Origin: an uncultured delta proteobacterium
GTDB taxonomy: Bacteria > Desulfobacterota > Syntrophobacteria > Syntrophobacterales > Syntrophobacteraceae
Length of the DNA stretch: 64,000 bases
Direction of reading: 5' to 3'
Assembly (NCBI GenBank): GCA_963808625.1
Contig: CAWEHK010000035.1
Span: 1 to 64,000, forward strand
A program made the translations under genes and the position numbers. A model generated the notes under the pieces. It did not search any database. It was given only the letters and a program-made list of their open reading frames with translations, and was not told the origin of the DNA. This document shows, one piece after another, positions 9,905 through 20,525 of the stretch. The number at the start of each line of letters is the position of its first letter. Position 1 is the first letter of the stretch.

Positions 9905-12900
9905 TTATCTCGGCACTTGCTGTTGCTCTTCCTGAACAGCCAGGCGGACAGCCTCTACCACTTCCTGCCAGGCTTTCTCTCGGTCCTTTCTGGTTGAGAT
10001 AGCCGTGCCGTCCTTAGGTACGAACTGCAACCTCATTAGCGGTGTGCTCTTCCAAACAACCGGCTCAACCAGGATCGGGATAATCCGGCCCTCGGCGTTT
10101 TCCGCCCGGCTTAAAAAGATTCTAATCTCCTCTAGCGCATATTCGGATGACAGGAACGAGGGGCTCACGAGGACAAGCGCGATCCTTGCCTCTTCCAAGG
10201 CTTCTTGGAGAGAACCACTCCAGGCTTCTCCGGATGCAGGCAAATCTTCGGCGGCGAGAAGACGGATCAGCTCCTGCTGGACGAGTGGTTCAAGAGATGC
10301 GCGGAGTTCCACCGCCGCTGGCTCGTCCTTGAGGGAGTAACTCAGAAAGACCGTCAGCGGCACAGCCAGCGGGCGCCAGAGCTCGCGGCCGCCTTTACCC
10401 ACCAGCCGGTTGACGATGGTCGTGACAATTTCGGTCCGCTCGAAGTAGGAAAAGTGGTTGATGTCCGGACCTGCGAAGAAAACGAAGCGGATGGGGTCGC
10501 GGCGGGAAGCGCCGCCGAACATCGCGTCAGTGCGGACCAAAAGGTCATTGTCCTGGTTCATGATGGGATCAAGCGCCATGGCCGTCAACCGGTCGGACAA
10601 GGAAACAGGCCGGAAGGCGCCGGCCACGATGGAGAGGTCGGCGTCCACTCTCACACCGGGCCGGTTCAGCATGCGAATCAGCGGTGAAGAAGGCGCCGAG
10701 GCCCGGAAGCCTGGAATCCTTTCAGGGTCGGAGCAAAGTTCCGCCAAACCGGGGGGGAATTTGTCGATCAAGCTGCCAATAAATCCCAATCCCCGGGAGA
10801 GCCTGCCGAACAGTTTGTGGGCGCGCTCTGGAAATTCCGTGCCGCGAACCGGACAGGCGACGCGGACAAAGCGATCGATACGGAACCGCTTTTCTTCGAG
10901 CACATTACCGAGTTGCTCCAGGGCCTTGCGTTCTTCGCCTGTAAAGAGAGAGAGGTCTGTTTCATCAATGGGGGGACCGGCGATACGTCCGCTCCGGCAG
11001 AGGAGTTCCCCGATGAGCCCGCCCTGAGAGAGACTGAGGATGTGGAGACGGGAGCCAACCGGTAGAGCCTCTGCGAGTGTCAGAGCATTAATGACCGGAG
11101 AAATAGAGAGCCCCCAATGCTCGAAAGCGAGGATTTTCGTCCCATAGCACACGACAATCTCCCGCCCCATGGGCTGCCCTAATCCCTGCCAGAGCGGCCC
11201 GAAGGTGTTATGGGTATTGCTGGCAGCGCCATGCAGAAGGAGGAGGATCGGGCTGTCATCGGCAGGCAGATGTTTGGGCACCGGCTCCAATTCCAGTTCT
11301 TCGGTCACGGACACGCGATAAAGCCCGGGTTCTGGCACCATCCTCCTCTCCACCTCGCGGAGGAGGAGCAGCGTCGGTTCGGCGGGGGGGACGACTCTTC
11401 GGCCTCCTGGAACCCGGGGGTGGTGGCGGCCGGAAACGGGAGAGTGAAGTCAGGATCACCGTGGACCTGGAAGGCAGCCCAAGCGGTGGATTGGGAGTAT
11501 ACCCGCCGGGTTTCCTGCCGCGCCAGAAGGCCGGCCTCGGCCAGGGTGCTTCCTGCGAGGAGGGCTGAGTAGAAGGCCAGCACGAAAAGGGATGCCGGCT
11601 CCGGCTCCACGGTCCAGCCGTTGACCAGAATTGCCTTCACCCCCACCTGCTCCAGGGCGCGACCCCACTCCGCGGCAAAGGCAGGGGTGAGGAGCGCGGG
11701 CTGGCGATTTCCCCCCTTATCCCCTGGAACAGCATGCAAGACAACTAGTTCCGGCAGTACCCTCATCTGACGTATTTCTTCAGGCGTGAGCAGCAGACCG
11801 TCGCCCAGGTCAATACCGGCGCGTCTTTCGCCTGCCGGCCATGCTGGGAAACCATTTGTCTCGAAAGTCTTGGAGAAAACCTTGGACTGAGAAGCTCCGC
11901 TGGAAGAATCCTCCTGCAGGCTTGCGGCTAGAGGTCCTGCCAAGTGCAGCACGCGGACCGGCTGACTGTAGAGCTTGTTCAAGCTGTCCTTAGGAGCACC
12001 TTCAAACCCATCAGCGTTTGGGAAACCCGCTCCAGCCATGAGTTGGAGCACCTGTTCCGCTTCCTGCCGTAGTGCTGCAATCCATGGACCAGGTGTGCTT
12101 CCGGCGAAGGTTAATACAAGGGTCTTCGCCGACATGCTCTGCATATTGGGGGACTCGTTAACCAGTATTTTGGGGGAGAAACGGTCCTTCTCCCACTGCC
12201 CGGAAACGGACCGTCGAACCAGTCTGCCGGTAAGTCCCAGGGCGCTGTCCTCGTCACTCGCAGATAGCCGGATCATCTCCCACGGGATCAAATCCGTCCC
12301 ACTGTCGAGCAAGAGCAGGAAGTCCGTGGAGTCTATCTGTTTTTTTCTTAGAAATGTCCACTCATCGAACGGCATCATTTCTGTCAAGGTGGCGCCCGTG
12401 GAGCTATCCAATTGACCAAGCTGCAAACGTTCCCTAAGAAAATTCATAAGCAGTCGAAATTGCTCAGGTGGGAGGCTAAACTCTTCTCGGAAAGTATCCG
12501 ACGTACCGTCATTAAGGGAAAAAACGGTATGCCCCCCGGCATCTGTGTTTGACTGGAAGGTAAACCAATTGGCCGGCGGCCCGGACCAAAAGCCGAATGG
12601 GGGCGCCTGGAACTCCTGACGCCAGGCGTTGCGGAGCCGCGCCGCGTAGATCCCCACGGCAACACGCTCCATCCTGCCCGCCACGACTGGCACCCGCGCC
12701 GTCCGCTCCATGCTGTTTTCGTTCCAGATGACCTCGACGAGCCGTGGGTCGGTGTCAGGGAGCGGCAGAACCTTCCGGGTGCGAGGGGTGAGGTTGCCCA
12801 GCTCCAACCAACCTCCGCTCCGCCTCACGCCGAGCCTTGCGACCGGCAGGTCTGCCAGCAGGACTGCAGGGTCGCTCTCCGCGGTGGCTGCGAGCTTTCC

Positions 12901-13471
12901 GCTCCCGGTCGTAGCTTGGGTGGCAACAAAGCGAAGGGCCTGGCCCGCCTCGGTGCCAAAGACGGCTGGCGGCAGGCGGCCCACGGCTTGGGACGCCCAA
13001 GCGAGGAGCCCGCGGCGGTCGCCTTCGGCAAGTGCCTTCACGGCTCGGGCTATTTCGAGATTGACTTCGTCGAGATTCCCCGAGACAATGTTCCAGGCAA
13101 CTCGCTCCTCAAGCGCAAGCGCAGGGGAGAGGTGCTGGTGTACCTCTTCCATGACGGCCCTTGCGAGCGTTATCCGCGCCTGCTCCTCCGGGGTTTTCCA
13201 ATGAGATGCAAGTTGCTCCCTTAAGTACCTCCTTCACCGCCGGGTCGAGCCCGATGCCGGCCGCGCTCCGGCTGCGCACCAGGCGGCTAAACCATAGTTC
13301 CGCCTCAATCCAGAGGCCTTCTCCAGGGAGCACAGCAAGGCGCATGGCGCGCAGCAGTTCCGGCTCGATGCGGACCGCTGGGGCGACAAACCGGGCAAGC
13401 GTAAGCGCAGCCGGGCATGTCCCCCCAAGTTCTGCTACCCTGGCCTCGGCCCATTTACGCAGTTCGTCCAC
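9905..13471 (-). CDS. Multidomain effector: helical adaptor + CHAT (caspase-like, apparently inactive) + alpha/beta-hydrolase + TIR; frameshifts near 13200 and 11340
   Basis: Joined ORFs 13109-13471 ('VRIEPELLRAMRL...EAELWFSRLV'), 11305-13152 ('IPWEMI','VLHLAG','GWTV','AWAAFQVHGDP'), 9905-11353 ('LLLHG','SLSQGG','NHFSYF','VFLSYS...SPSFLSSEYALEE'). Confidence 0.7.
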
Positions 13472-13474
13472 AGT

Positions 13475-14444
13475 TCAACCTCCTCTGCGCTTGAGCAGCC
13501 TCCGGATGGTTCCCGCAGTGGTGGGCCGATCCCATTCAACCAGGACAGGTCCTCCCCGGAGTTCCTCGGGCCAGCGATCGGCCGGATAGGGAACAAGAAC
13601 AATCAGCGCTGAGCCCTGTGTGGCAAGAAGTCCCGCAAGGTCGTTCCACTCCCCTGGTTGGCTGCGGTTCACGTGCAGGATGGGGCCGCCAATCCCCGCG
13701 TCGCTGCACCGCCACGACCGGTACGCCCATCTGCGGTGGCCGGTAGGCGCCAAGTATTGCCCCATTCAGGACTCCCCGGCTGGGGCAATTCACAAACCGC
13801 GCTTCCTGAACGTGGTCCGGCCCGATACATTCACGGAACAGCTCAAGCAATCGGATCTCGTCCATGATAAAAGGCTCCATGGCCGGCCCAATATCAAGGA
13901 GGAGCTGCACACCAAGAGCCAGGGACCAGCACGACTTCCGGGGGATGACGGTGGTTGGCATGCCGGAAGCCGCGGCCGAAACCAGCCGAGCCTCATCCAC
14001 CTCCCCGATGGGGAGCGGCGTTGCGGCGAGCGTAACGGCGAGCGCACGTGACCACTCCGGCCGGAAGACGGGTTGATAGGGTGGAGGGATCCGGCCCTGC
14101 CCATGCTGGTAAGGGGCAAGCGGCCGCACCGACTTCCATTCATTGGATGGCCCGGTGGACTCGGTTATCCCGATAAAGGGCAGTTCCTCTTCGGTCCCGT
14201 CAAGGTCATCTGGCGGCGATGGCTGTCGCGGTTGGGCAGATGGTCGGACATCAGCAACCGGCTCGCTTTCCTGAACCGCGCGGTCAGGCTTCGGCGGTTC
14301 AGGGGCTTCCACGGTTGGTGTTCGCGGCATCCATGCGAAACCGGTCATGCGGGCAAGCTTCGACTGTGTGGTCTCGTCGCCGGGCGCCAGGACATGAAAG
14401 GCGCGGAGTAAATCCCCAAGCCAGATGTCGGAATCGCGCTTCAT
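13475..14444 (-). CDS. vWA-like component of a MoxR-vWA system, frameshift near 13700
   Basis: 'GVQLLLDIGPAMEPF', 'VVAV..DAG', 'LVPYPADRWP'; ATGA-coupled to MoxR. Confidence 0.65.
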
Positions 14445-15511
14445 GTTCTTATGGCCTCATCTTTCAGGAGCGTGGCCTGCTCCACCACGTTCCAGGTGGT
14501 GCCACCGCCCACTCCGATGCCGAGCGTCATGCAGACCCGCACCGCGTCGAGGAACTCCGCGGTTCCGGGCAGTCGCCGCCGAGAACGGACACGCTCGGCG
14601 CGCAATTCCTCAAGTCGAGAGGGCTATGCTTTCTCGCCAAGTTTTCGTGGTCCGCCGTAAAGATCCGCCCCGGCGGCCGGTGGAAATGCAACCGGGCAAT
14701 CTCTACCAGCCGCTCTGCCTTCGGGTGCTCAAGCTTGTGCACGATGCAGCGTCGCAGGAAAGCGGGCGGAAGTTCTACGCTCCTCATTGGTGGTGATGAC
14801 AATCAGGAGCGTGCTCATGTTTCGGCCGTCTTTGCCAAGCCTTGTCTTCGCCGCTTCCCGGAGTCTGACCACCACGGCGCGTTCGCGGATGTCGGTAACC
14901 GGAAACTCCATTGAACCGAGCGGCACGAGGAGCGCATTGGGGACGTCGGGATCGGCTTTATCGAGTTCATCGATGAGCACCACCGCGCAGTCCGAGTCGC
15001 GGTTCTTGTTCACCTCTGAGTTTGGCTCTTCCGCGAGTGCCGGGCCGTCGTCCTTGCCGGGCTCCCAACCGCGACGCCGGGCCGACTCCCGGTCAAAAAC
15101 CCACCACAGCACGCCGGGTTCGATGTAATCATAATCGGAAAGAGGCACGGTGGGGTGTTGGGCACCACGGGCCTGGGCATCGGCGAGCCGGCGCACCAAG
15201 TCGAATTTCCAGAGCAGATCCTGGGCGCTCGTCCGCGAGGTGACTACGCTTTCGTAATACCGGTAGCCTAGATTGCGCGCCACGAAGGCGGCAAGCGACG
15301 ATTTGCCGCAGCCGGGATCGCCACGGAGCAGAAGCGGGCGGCCGGTGGCAAGCGCGAGCTCCACTGCAAGCTGCAGGTGGGAGTCGTAATGATAAATTCG
15401 ACCGTCCCGGCGATCAGGGGCATCCAGGGTGTTCCCGGCATCTTCGGACAATGTCTCGTTCGCAAGCGGATCGATAAGCGGTGTATACACTAGCGTGACG
15501 TCGATGGACAT
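14441..15511 (-). CDS. MoxR-family AAA+ ATPase, frameshifts near 14770 and 14580
   Basis: 'RPLLLRGDPGCGKS', 'VVLIDELDKADPDVPNALL', 'ITTNEER', 'LPPAFLRRC'. Confidence 0.9.
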
Positions 15512-15538
15512 GTTCTGGATCCTCCAAATTGGTATGCG

Positions 15539-16837
15539 TCAGCCCGCGAGATTGCGGAGCAGAATCTTGTTGATCAGGGCCTGATCTTCGTCTTCTCTAC
15601 GGATTTCGGGGAGAAGGCGGATGATTGATGAGGGGTCAGGGGCATTTTCGAAGTGCGGCCCAGCAAGCTGCAGGCAGGTGATGGTCTGAAGCTCCTCGGA
15701 GTCGGCGAGAAGTATCTTGAACTCGGGAGTGAGGGGCACTTGCTCCCCCATCACCACAAAGAGGGGATACGCTTCTACAAGGCCACGAATTATTTCCGGC
15801 GCTGTTGTGCCGGATACGCCCAAAGTGGTCGCGATGTGCTGGTGGATGCGTTCAAAGGCTTCCACCTCCTGCCCTTCACCCAAGGGCTCGTTGAAACTGA
15901 GGCACCGCGTGTTCCACCAGGAAGGACAGCAAAAGGCGCGCTGAAGATAATCGCGCGCCGTATCGAATTGGTTGGTGTTCAGCGCAAAAGATCGGGAAGC
16001 CGCTGCCTGGGTCGGGTGACTGGCCACGATCCCCGAGGCAGCTTCGGCATGCACCCAGATGGGTAGCACGAGTTCGACAACGGCGGCGAATGCTCCCTTG
16101 TCAGTAAAGCCTGGCTTGAGATTCACGAGGGCCTCGCGGGCTGCCTGTAGACTTGTGAACAGCAGGTGGTGGGCGACCATGATCGGCCGATCCGGGAAAT
16201 GCGCCCAGTCCTCATCGAGGATGCCAAGCGGGTTGCAGGCCCGTTTCAAGATAGTTTCATCGATACCTTTGAGCCGCACCGCGACATCCTCAACCCATCG
16301 CTGGATCTCGTTGTCGTCAGCAGTCAGAGCAAGCCCCGCAAACCCCTCCGCCACCTGCCCGGCGAGAAGTTCTGCGTTGGCCTCGTTCAGCTCTGACGCT
16401 GCATTGAGCCGTGCTGCCTGAATCTCGTCGAGCTGTAAAGGAGCAAAGCCCCGCTCTGGGAGCTTCTTGAAGATATCGCCAATGATGACCGGCACAAGCA
16501 CGAAGCTGTCTCTGAGCCACTTGCGCCACGTGCAGATAGTCGCCTCCTGAAGCACCCATTTAGATTCGATCGAGTCTTCGCTGAGGAGTATAACTGCACC
16601 ATCGCAGACACCGAGCCAGTGAAGAAGCTTCGTTCGCCAGCGGTCGCCGGGGTCGAGCAGTTCGCGGTCTAAGAGCACCTCGAAACGATCTCTCAATTTT
16701 TCTTCAAGCCTATCACGCACCAGCTTTACAAATTTCAGACGCCGACGCCGTTCATCCGTTTCCACTGCAAAGGGGACTCCGCCGGAAATCTCGATGTCCT
16801 TACAGCTGTGGCTAATGAAAATCTTGGGTTTATTCAT
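15539..16837 (-). CDS. TIR-domain protein with uncharacterised C-terminal region (putative sensor/adaptor)
   Basis: 'KIFISHS', 'LDPGDRWR', 'LSEDSIESKWVLQE'; start placed at MNKPK (16837). Confidence 0.8.
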   Translation of the reverse strand: MNKPKIFISHSCKDIEISGGVPFAVETDERRRRLKFVKLVRDRLEEKLRDRFEVLLDRELLDPGDRWRTKLLHWLGVCDGAVILLSEDSIESKWVLQEATICTWRKWLRDSFVLVPVIIGDIFKKLPERGFAPLQLDEIQAARLNAASELNEANAELLAGQVAEGFAGLALTADDNEIQRWVEDVAVRLKGIDETILKRACNPLGILDEDWAHFPDRPIMVAHHLLFTSLQAAREALVNLKPGFTDKGAFAAVVELVLPIWVHAEAASGIVASHPTQAAASRSFALNTNQFDTARDYLQRAFCCPSWWNTRCLSFNEPLGEGQEVEAFERIHQHIATTLGVSGTTAPEIIRGLVEAYPLFVVMGEQVPLTPEFKILLADSEELQTITCLQLAGPHFENAPDPSSIIRLLPEIRREDEDQALINKILLRNLAG

Positions 16838-16850
16838 GATTCTCACGTTG

Positions 16851-17390
16851 TTAAGAATGCAGCAGTGGCCAGGAGAACAGGGCACTCCAGCCCAGCTTCA
16901 GGGTGAGGGAAAGAGTGGATACCAGAATGCCCATGACACTGCCGACCAAGCCTCCGAAGATCCCCTGATAGACCCCCCCAGGGCAAAAATGCGCGCCACA
17001 AAGCTGTTGAGAGCGCCCAGGCATTTGAAGGTGCCGATCTCCCGAAACCTTTCCGCAACGGCCATGAGCTGCGCATTGACAATGCCCACGACACAGACGA
17101 TGAGCGACAGCATGGCCAGCCAGCGATCCTTGGGACTGCTGCCGAAGTGGCCGTCGGTCATTTCGTAGCCGCTGTTCAGGATGTCCTCTTGAACCGCTGA
17201 ATCGACATGCGGCCAGACGGCATTCAAGAATGGCGTATCCCGACCAGATGTAGGCTACAAAAGCAATGGCAAGGGCCAGGCTGGCCATCGTGATGAGCGA
17301 CCGGGACAGGCGGACCCTCATGGAATTGAAGGAAATCCTCACGACCTGAGCAAAAGGCAAGACCACCTGTCTTTCAACTGATTGGGACAT
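16851..17390 (-). pseudogene. 3'-truncated second copy of the small FtsX-like permease
   Basis: Same N-terminus MSQSVERQVVLPF as 5102-5755; homology stops at 16858. Confidence 0.85.
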
Positions 17391-17618
17391 TTACCTTTAC
17401 CCGTACCCGCGTTGCAGGTTTGCGTGCAATCAGGGCTCCCGGCCAGCACCGGCTGTGGCAAAGGCACGGCACCCTCTGTTCGCTGAGAAAGACTTGCTTC
17501 GATGGCGTAGATCTGCTGTTCGAAAGGGGATGCAGATTAACATCTTAATGGCGGATGGAAGATTTTTCAACCAAAACGGCAGGGCTTTGTCGCCGCCGCG
17601 AAACAAGTGGTCAGTAAT
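16858..17618. repeat. 761-bp imperfect direct repeat, copy 2
   Basis: Matches 5223-5983. Confidence 0.95.
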
Positions 17619-17686
17619 GAAATCTGTCCATATAATAAGTGCCATGGGCGAGCGTAATGTGAAGGTGAGCACGAAAGGAGCAGGAG

Positions 17687-18829
17687 ATGAACAAGCGGTT
17701 TTCCAGGAATTTGGTTTGGGGAGTCGCGCTGATGAGCGTTGCTCTGCTGTCTTGGGTGAGTCTTGGGCTGGGCGCGTCAACACCAAAGATCTGGTTTACC
17801 AAGGTTTCGTCTTATGGCGATGCGAACGGCTACGCCTGGGGCAGGGTTTCGGGTGTTCCTTTTAGTGACTGCAAGGTGTTGGCGTATCTTGAGGTCGAAA
17901 AAGTCTGGTGGACCAAACCAAGCTTCGTAGCTCCGGCAACAAAAATTTCCCCGGATGGTACGTGGAAGGTGGACATAACCACCGGAGGGAGCGACAAGTG
18001 CGCTTCGAAGGTGTGGGTTTTTCTCGTCCCCAAAACAACCGACGCAACCAAGTACCAGTGCGCTCCGTGCTGCGGTGATATCACGATCCTTGAAGCCGTT
18101 GCCAGTGCCGTTTATGACCGCAGTCCGACACCGAGAACCCTTTCGTTCTCCAACTACCAATGGCATTTGAGGCGAAGCAGCTGCCTCGAGGGACCCGGAC
18201 AAAACTATTTCTCCGACACCGCCAGCCGCGTGTGGATCGACCAGGCTGGGCTTCATCTAACGATCACCAAAGGGGCTAATGGTCGTTGGTACAGCACGGA
18301 GGTAGCGTTGAGTGAGTCGCTCGGATACGGTGTTTACCGGATGGTAACGAACAGCCGGGTTGACACGCTCAACCGGAATGTTGTCGCCGGTCTCTTTACT
18401 TACGATCACAAGGCTTGTGACGATCAGCGTCGAGAGCTGGATTTCGAGTTCACGCGCTGGGGTAATGTCAGAGAATATACCAATGCCCAGTATGTCGTCC
18501 AGCCTTGTGGCGCCTGCCCTGGCTGTGGCGGCAATTGCGAGCGCTTCCGGGTTGATCTGACGAATGCAAACAAGTATCTCACCCATTATCTCACTTGGTC
18601 GCCGACCAAGGCGGAATTCAAGACCTACCGAGGCAAATTCGGAGATGCTCCGCCTTCGGATAGTTATCTGGTCCATCGCTGGATGTATGACGTTCCCGAT
18701 ATGCCCGTTCCCGGTGAAGAGAAATTCATGTTCAATCTTTGGCTGAACGGGGGCAATCCACCCAGCAACGGAAAGAACGCCAAGTTGGTGATCTCCGATT
18801 TCTCCTGGCAGCCGCTAAAGGCCGAATAA
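17687..18829 (+). CDS. Secreted GH16-like (ConA fold) glycoside hydrolase
   Basis: Signal peptide; 'LGYGVY', 'VVAGLFTY', catalytic-type ExDxE 'RELDFEFTRWG', 'NLWL'. Confidence 0.7.
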   Translation: MNKRFSRNLVWGVALMSVALLSWVSLGLGASTPKIWFTKVSSYGDANGYAWGRVSGVPFSDCKVLAYLEVEKVWWTKPSFVAPATKISPDGTWKVDITTGGSDKCASKVWVFLVPKTTDATKYQCAPCCGDITILEAVASAVYDRSPTPRTLSFSNYQWHLRRSSCLEGPGQNYFSDTASRVWIDQAGLHLTITKGANGRWYSTEVALSESLGYGVYRMVTNSRVDTLNRNVVAGLFTYDHKACDDQRRELDFEFTRWGNVREYTNAQYVVQPCGACPGCGGNCERFRVDLTNANKYLTHYLTWSPTKAEFKTYRGKFGDAPPSDSYLVHRWMYDVPDMPVPGEEKFMFNLWLNGGNPPSNGKNAKLVISDFSWQPLKAE

Positions 18830-18880
18830 GACGGCTAATATAGGGTAAAGAAGACAGCTGACACCCAAACGGGTTTTTCG

Positions 18881-20083
18881 TCAGGCATAGACATGCTCTC
18901 GCGTCATGGGCAGGGTGTTATTCAAGCCGTTGGAAAAGAGCATCTGGTAGAGGCGGCTGGTGCCGTATTTGAAACCTGTTGAGGAGGCGTTGAGATAGAG
19001 CCGCCACATGCGGATGAATGGTTCATCAAACCGTTCCGTCATGGGTGCGGCATTCCTTTCAAAATTCTCGATCCAGCCGTCCGCGGTGCGGGCGTAGTGC
19101 ATCCGCAGGTTCTCGACATCGAGAACGGAAAGCTTCGTCTTTCCCATGTGCTCGAGTATCTCCATGAGGTTCGGAAGGTAGCCGCCCGGGAAGATGTAAC
19201 GTTTGATCCAGGGGTCGGTGCGAGCATCGCTCTCCCTGCCGATGGTGTGGAGCAAGCCCAGTCCTCCCCGCTTCAATAGCTTTGAGACCTGGCGCATAAA
19301 AACCGGGATAAAGCGTTTCCCCACATGCTCGAACATGCCGATGGAAACAACCTTATCGAAGCTCCCCCTGAGCTCGCGATAATCCGCGAGAATTACTTGA
19401 ACCTTGTCCTGGAGCTTGAGGTCTCTGATCTTGCGGTTGGCATACTCATACTGGTTTTGAGAGAGCGTATTGCCGAGCCCTTTCACTCCATGTTTTGTGG
19501 CTGCGTAGATGAGCATGCCACCCCAGCCGCAGCCGATATCGAGAAGGGTTTCACCGGGGCGCAGCTCGAGCTTTCGGGCGATGAGCTCGTATTTATGCAA
19601 CTGGGCCTGTTCCAGCGTGTCGTTGAGATGCTTAAAGTAGGCGCAGGAATAGGTCATGGTGGGGTCAAGAAACAGCGCATAGAAGTCATTGCCGCGGTCA
19701 TAATGATGGGAGGCGTTTTTCAGGGCTTGTCGTTGCGTGTTGGGAGTCTTGAGGGCGAGACCCCACAACGCCATTCTGAGAGGGAAGGGGAGCGTGTAGT
19801 AATCAAAGCTTATGGCAAACCCGAGACGCATCAACTCCTGGAGGTCGCCGTCGACTTCCAGGCTCCCTGCCATGTAGGCTTCACCAAACCCCAAAAAGCC
19901 TTTGCTCAGCAAGTCCTTTGCGCTCTGCTCCGTTTTCAGACGCAGGATCACCCTGGGCCGTCCTCCATAGCTCAAGGTTTCCCCGTTCCATAGCTCGAAG
20001 GTGAACTCCGCCTGGGGATCGGCCAAATGCATCGAATTGCCCAGCTTCCTCATGGCTTCTAAGACAATGGAGGTCCCTTTCAT
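18881..20083 (-). CDS. cfa: Cyclopropane-fatty-acyl-phospholipid synthase family methyltransferase
   Basis: 'HHYDRGNDFY','MTYSCAYF','LDIGCGWGG','SIGMFEHVG','YIFPGG'. Confidence 0.9.
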   Translation of the reverse strand: MKGTSIVLEAMRKLGNSMHLADPQAEFTFELWNGETLSYGGRPRVILRLKTEQSAKDLLSKGFLGFGEAYMAGSLEVDGDLQELMRLGFAISFDYYTLPFPLRMALWGLALKTPNTQRQALKNASHHYDRGNDFYALFLDPTMTYSCAYFKHLNDTLEQAQLHKYELIARKLELRPGETLLDIGCGWGGMLIYAATKHGVKGLGNTLSQNQYEYANRKIRDLKLQDKVQVILADYRELRGSFDKVVSIGMFEHVGKRFIPVFMRQVSKLLKRGGLGLLHTIGRESDARTDPWIKRYIFPGGYLPNLMEILEHMGKTKLSVLDVENLRMHYARTADGWIENFERNAAPMTERFDEPFIRMWRLYLNASSTGFKYGTSRLYQMLFSNGLNNTLPMTREHVYA

Positions 20084-20376
20084 GTCCTCCCCCCTTTCAA
20101 TGCTGTTGAATTAAGGGCTTGAGGAATTGAGGAATTTTTACGCTGCGAGGCAAAGATTGCTTTGGTTTCGCAAATTTAATCCCTGAATCCCTAAAGTTCT
20201 GAATTGTTAATTCAACAGCGCTGCCCCGCTTTGGCAGGTTGGTGAAGAAGCCCTTGGCCTCCGCAAGTCCCTGCATAATGCTCGCAGGATCCCGGAAGTC
20301 CTGGGCGGAATAGGGTTAGCCGCTGATCGGAAAATCTTAGTACTGCGCCGAGCAAACGGATGTCCAATCTACCCAT

Positions 20377-20446
20377 CGTTATGCCCGCAAAGGTATGAAT
20401 CCAGGCTTCTCCTCTGGATTCCCGCCAGAAGCATGCGGGAATGACG
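20377..20446. repeat. REP-like palindrome (GTCATTCCCGC...GCGGGAATGAC family)
   Basis: ctggattcccgccagaagcatgcgggaatgacg, shared with copies near 30.1k, 39.0k and 50.3k. Confidence 0.75.
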
Positions 20447-20525
20447 ATTGGGATAATTGAGACCATAATCTAGATGAAGACGGCCAGTGTTCTGTAATTG
20501 GTTACACACTCAACATTTACGTCTT

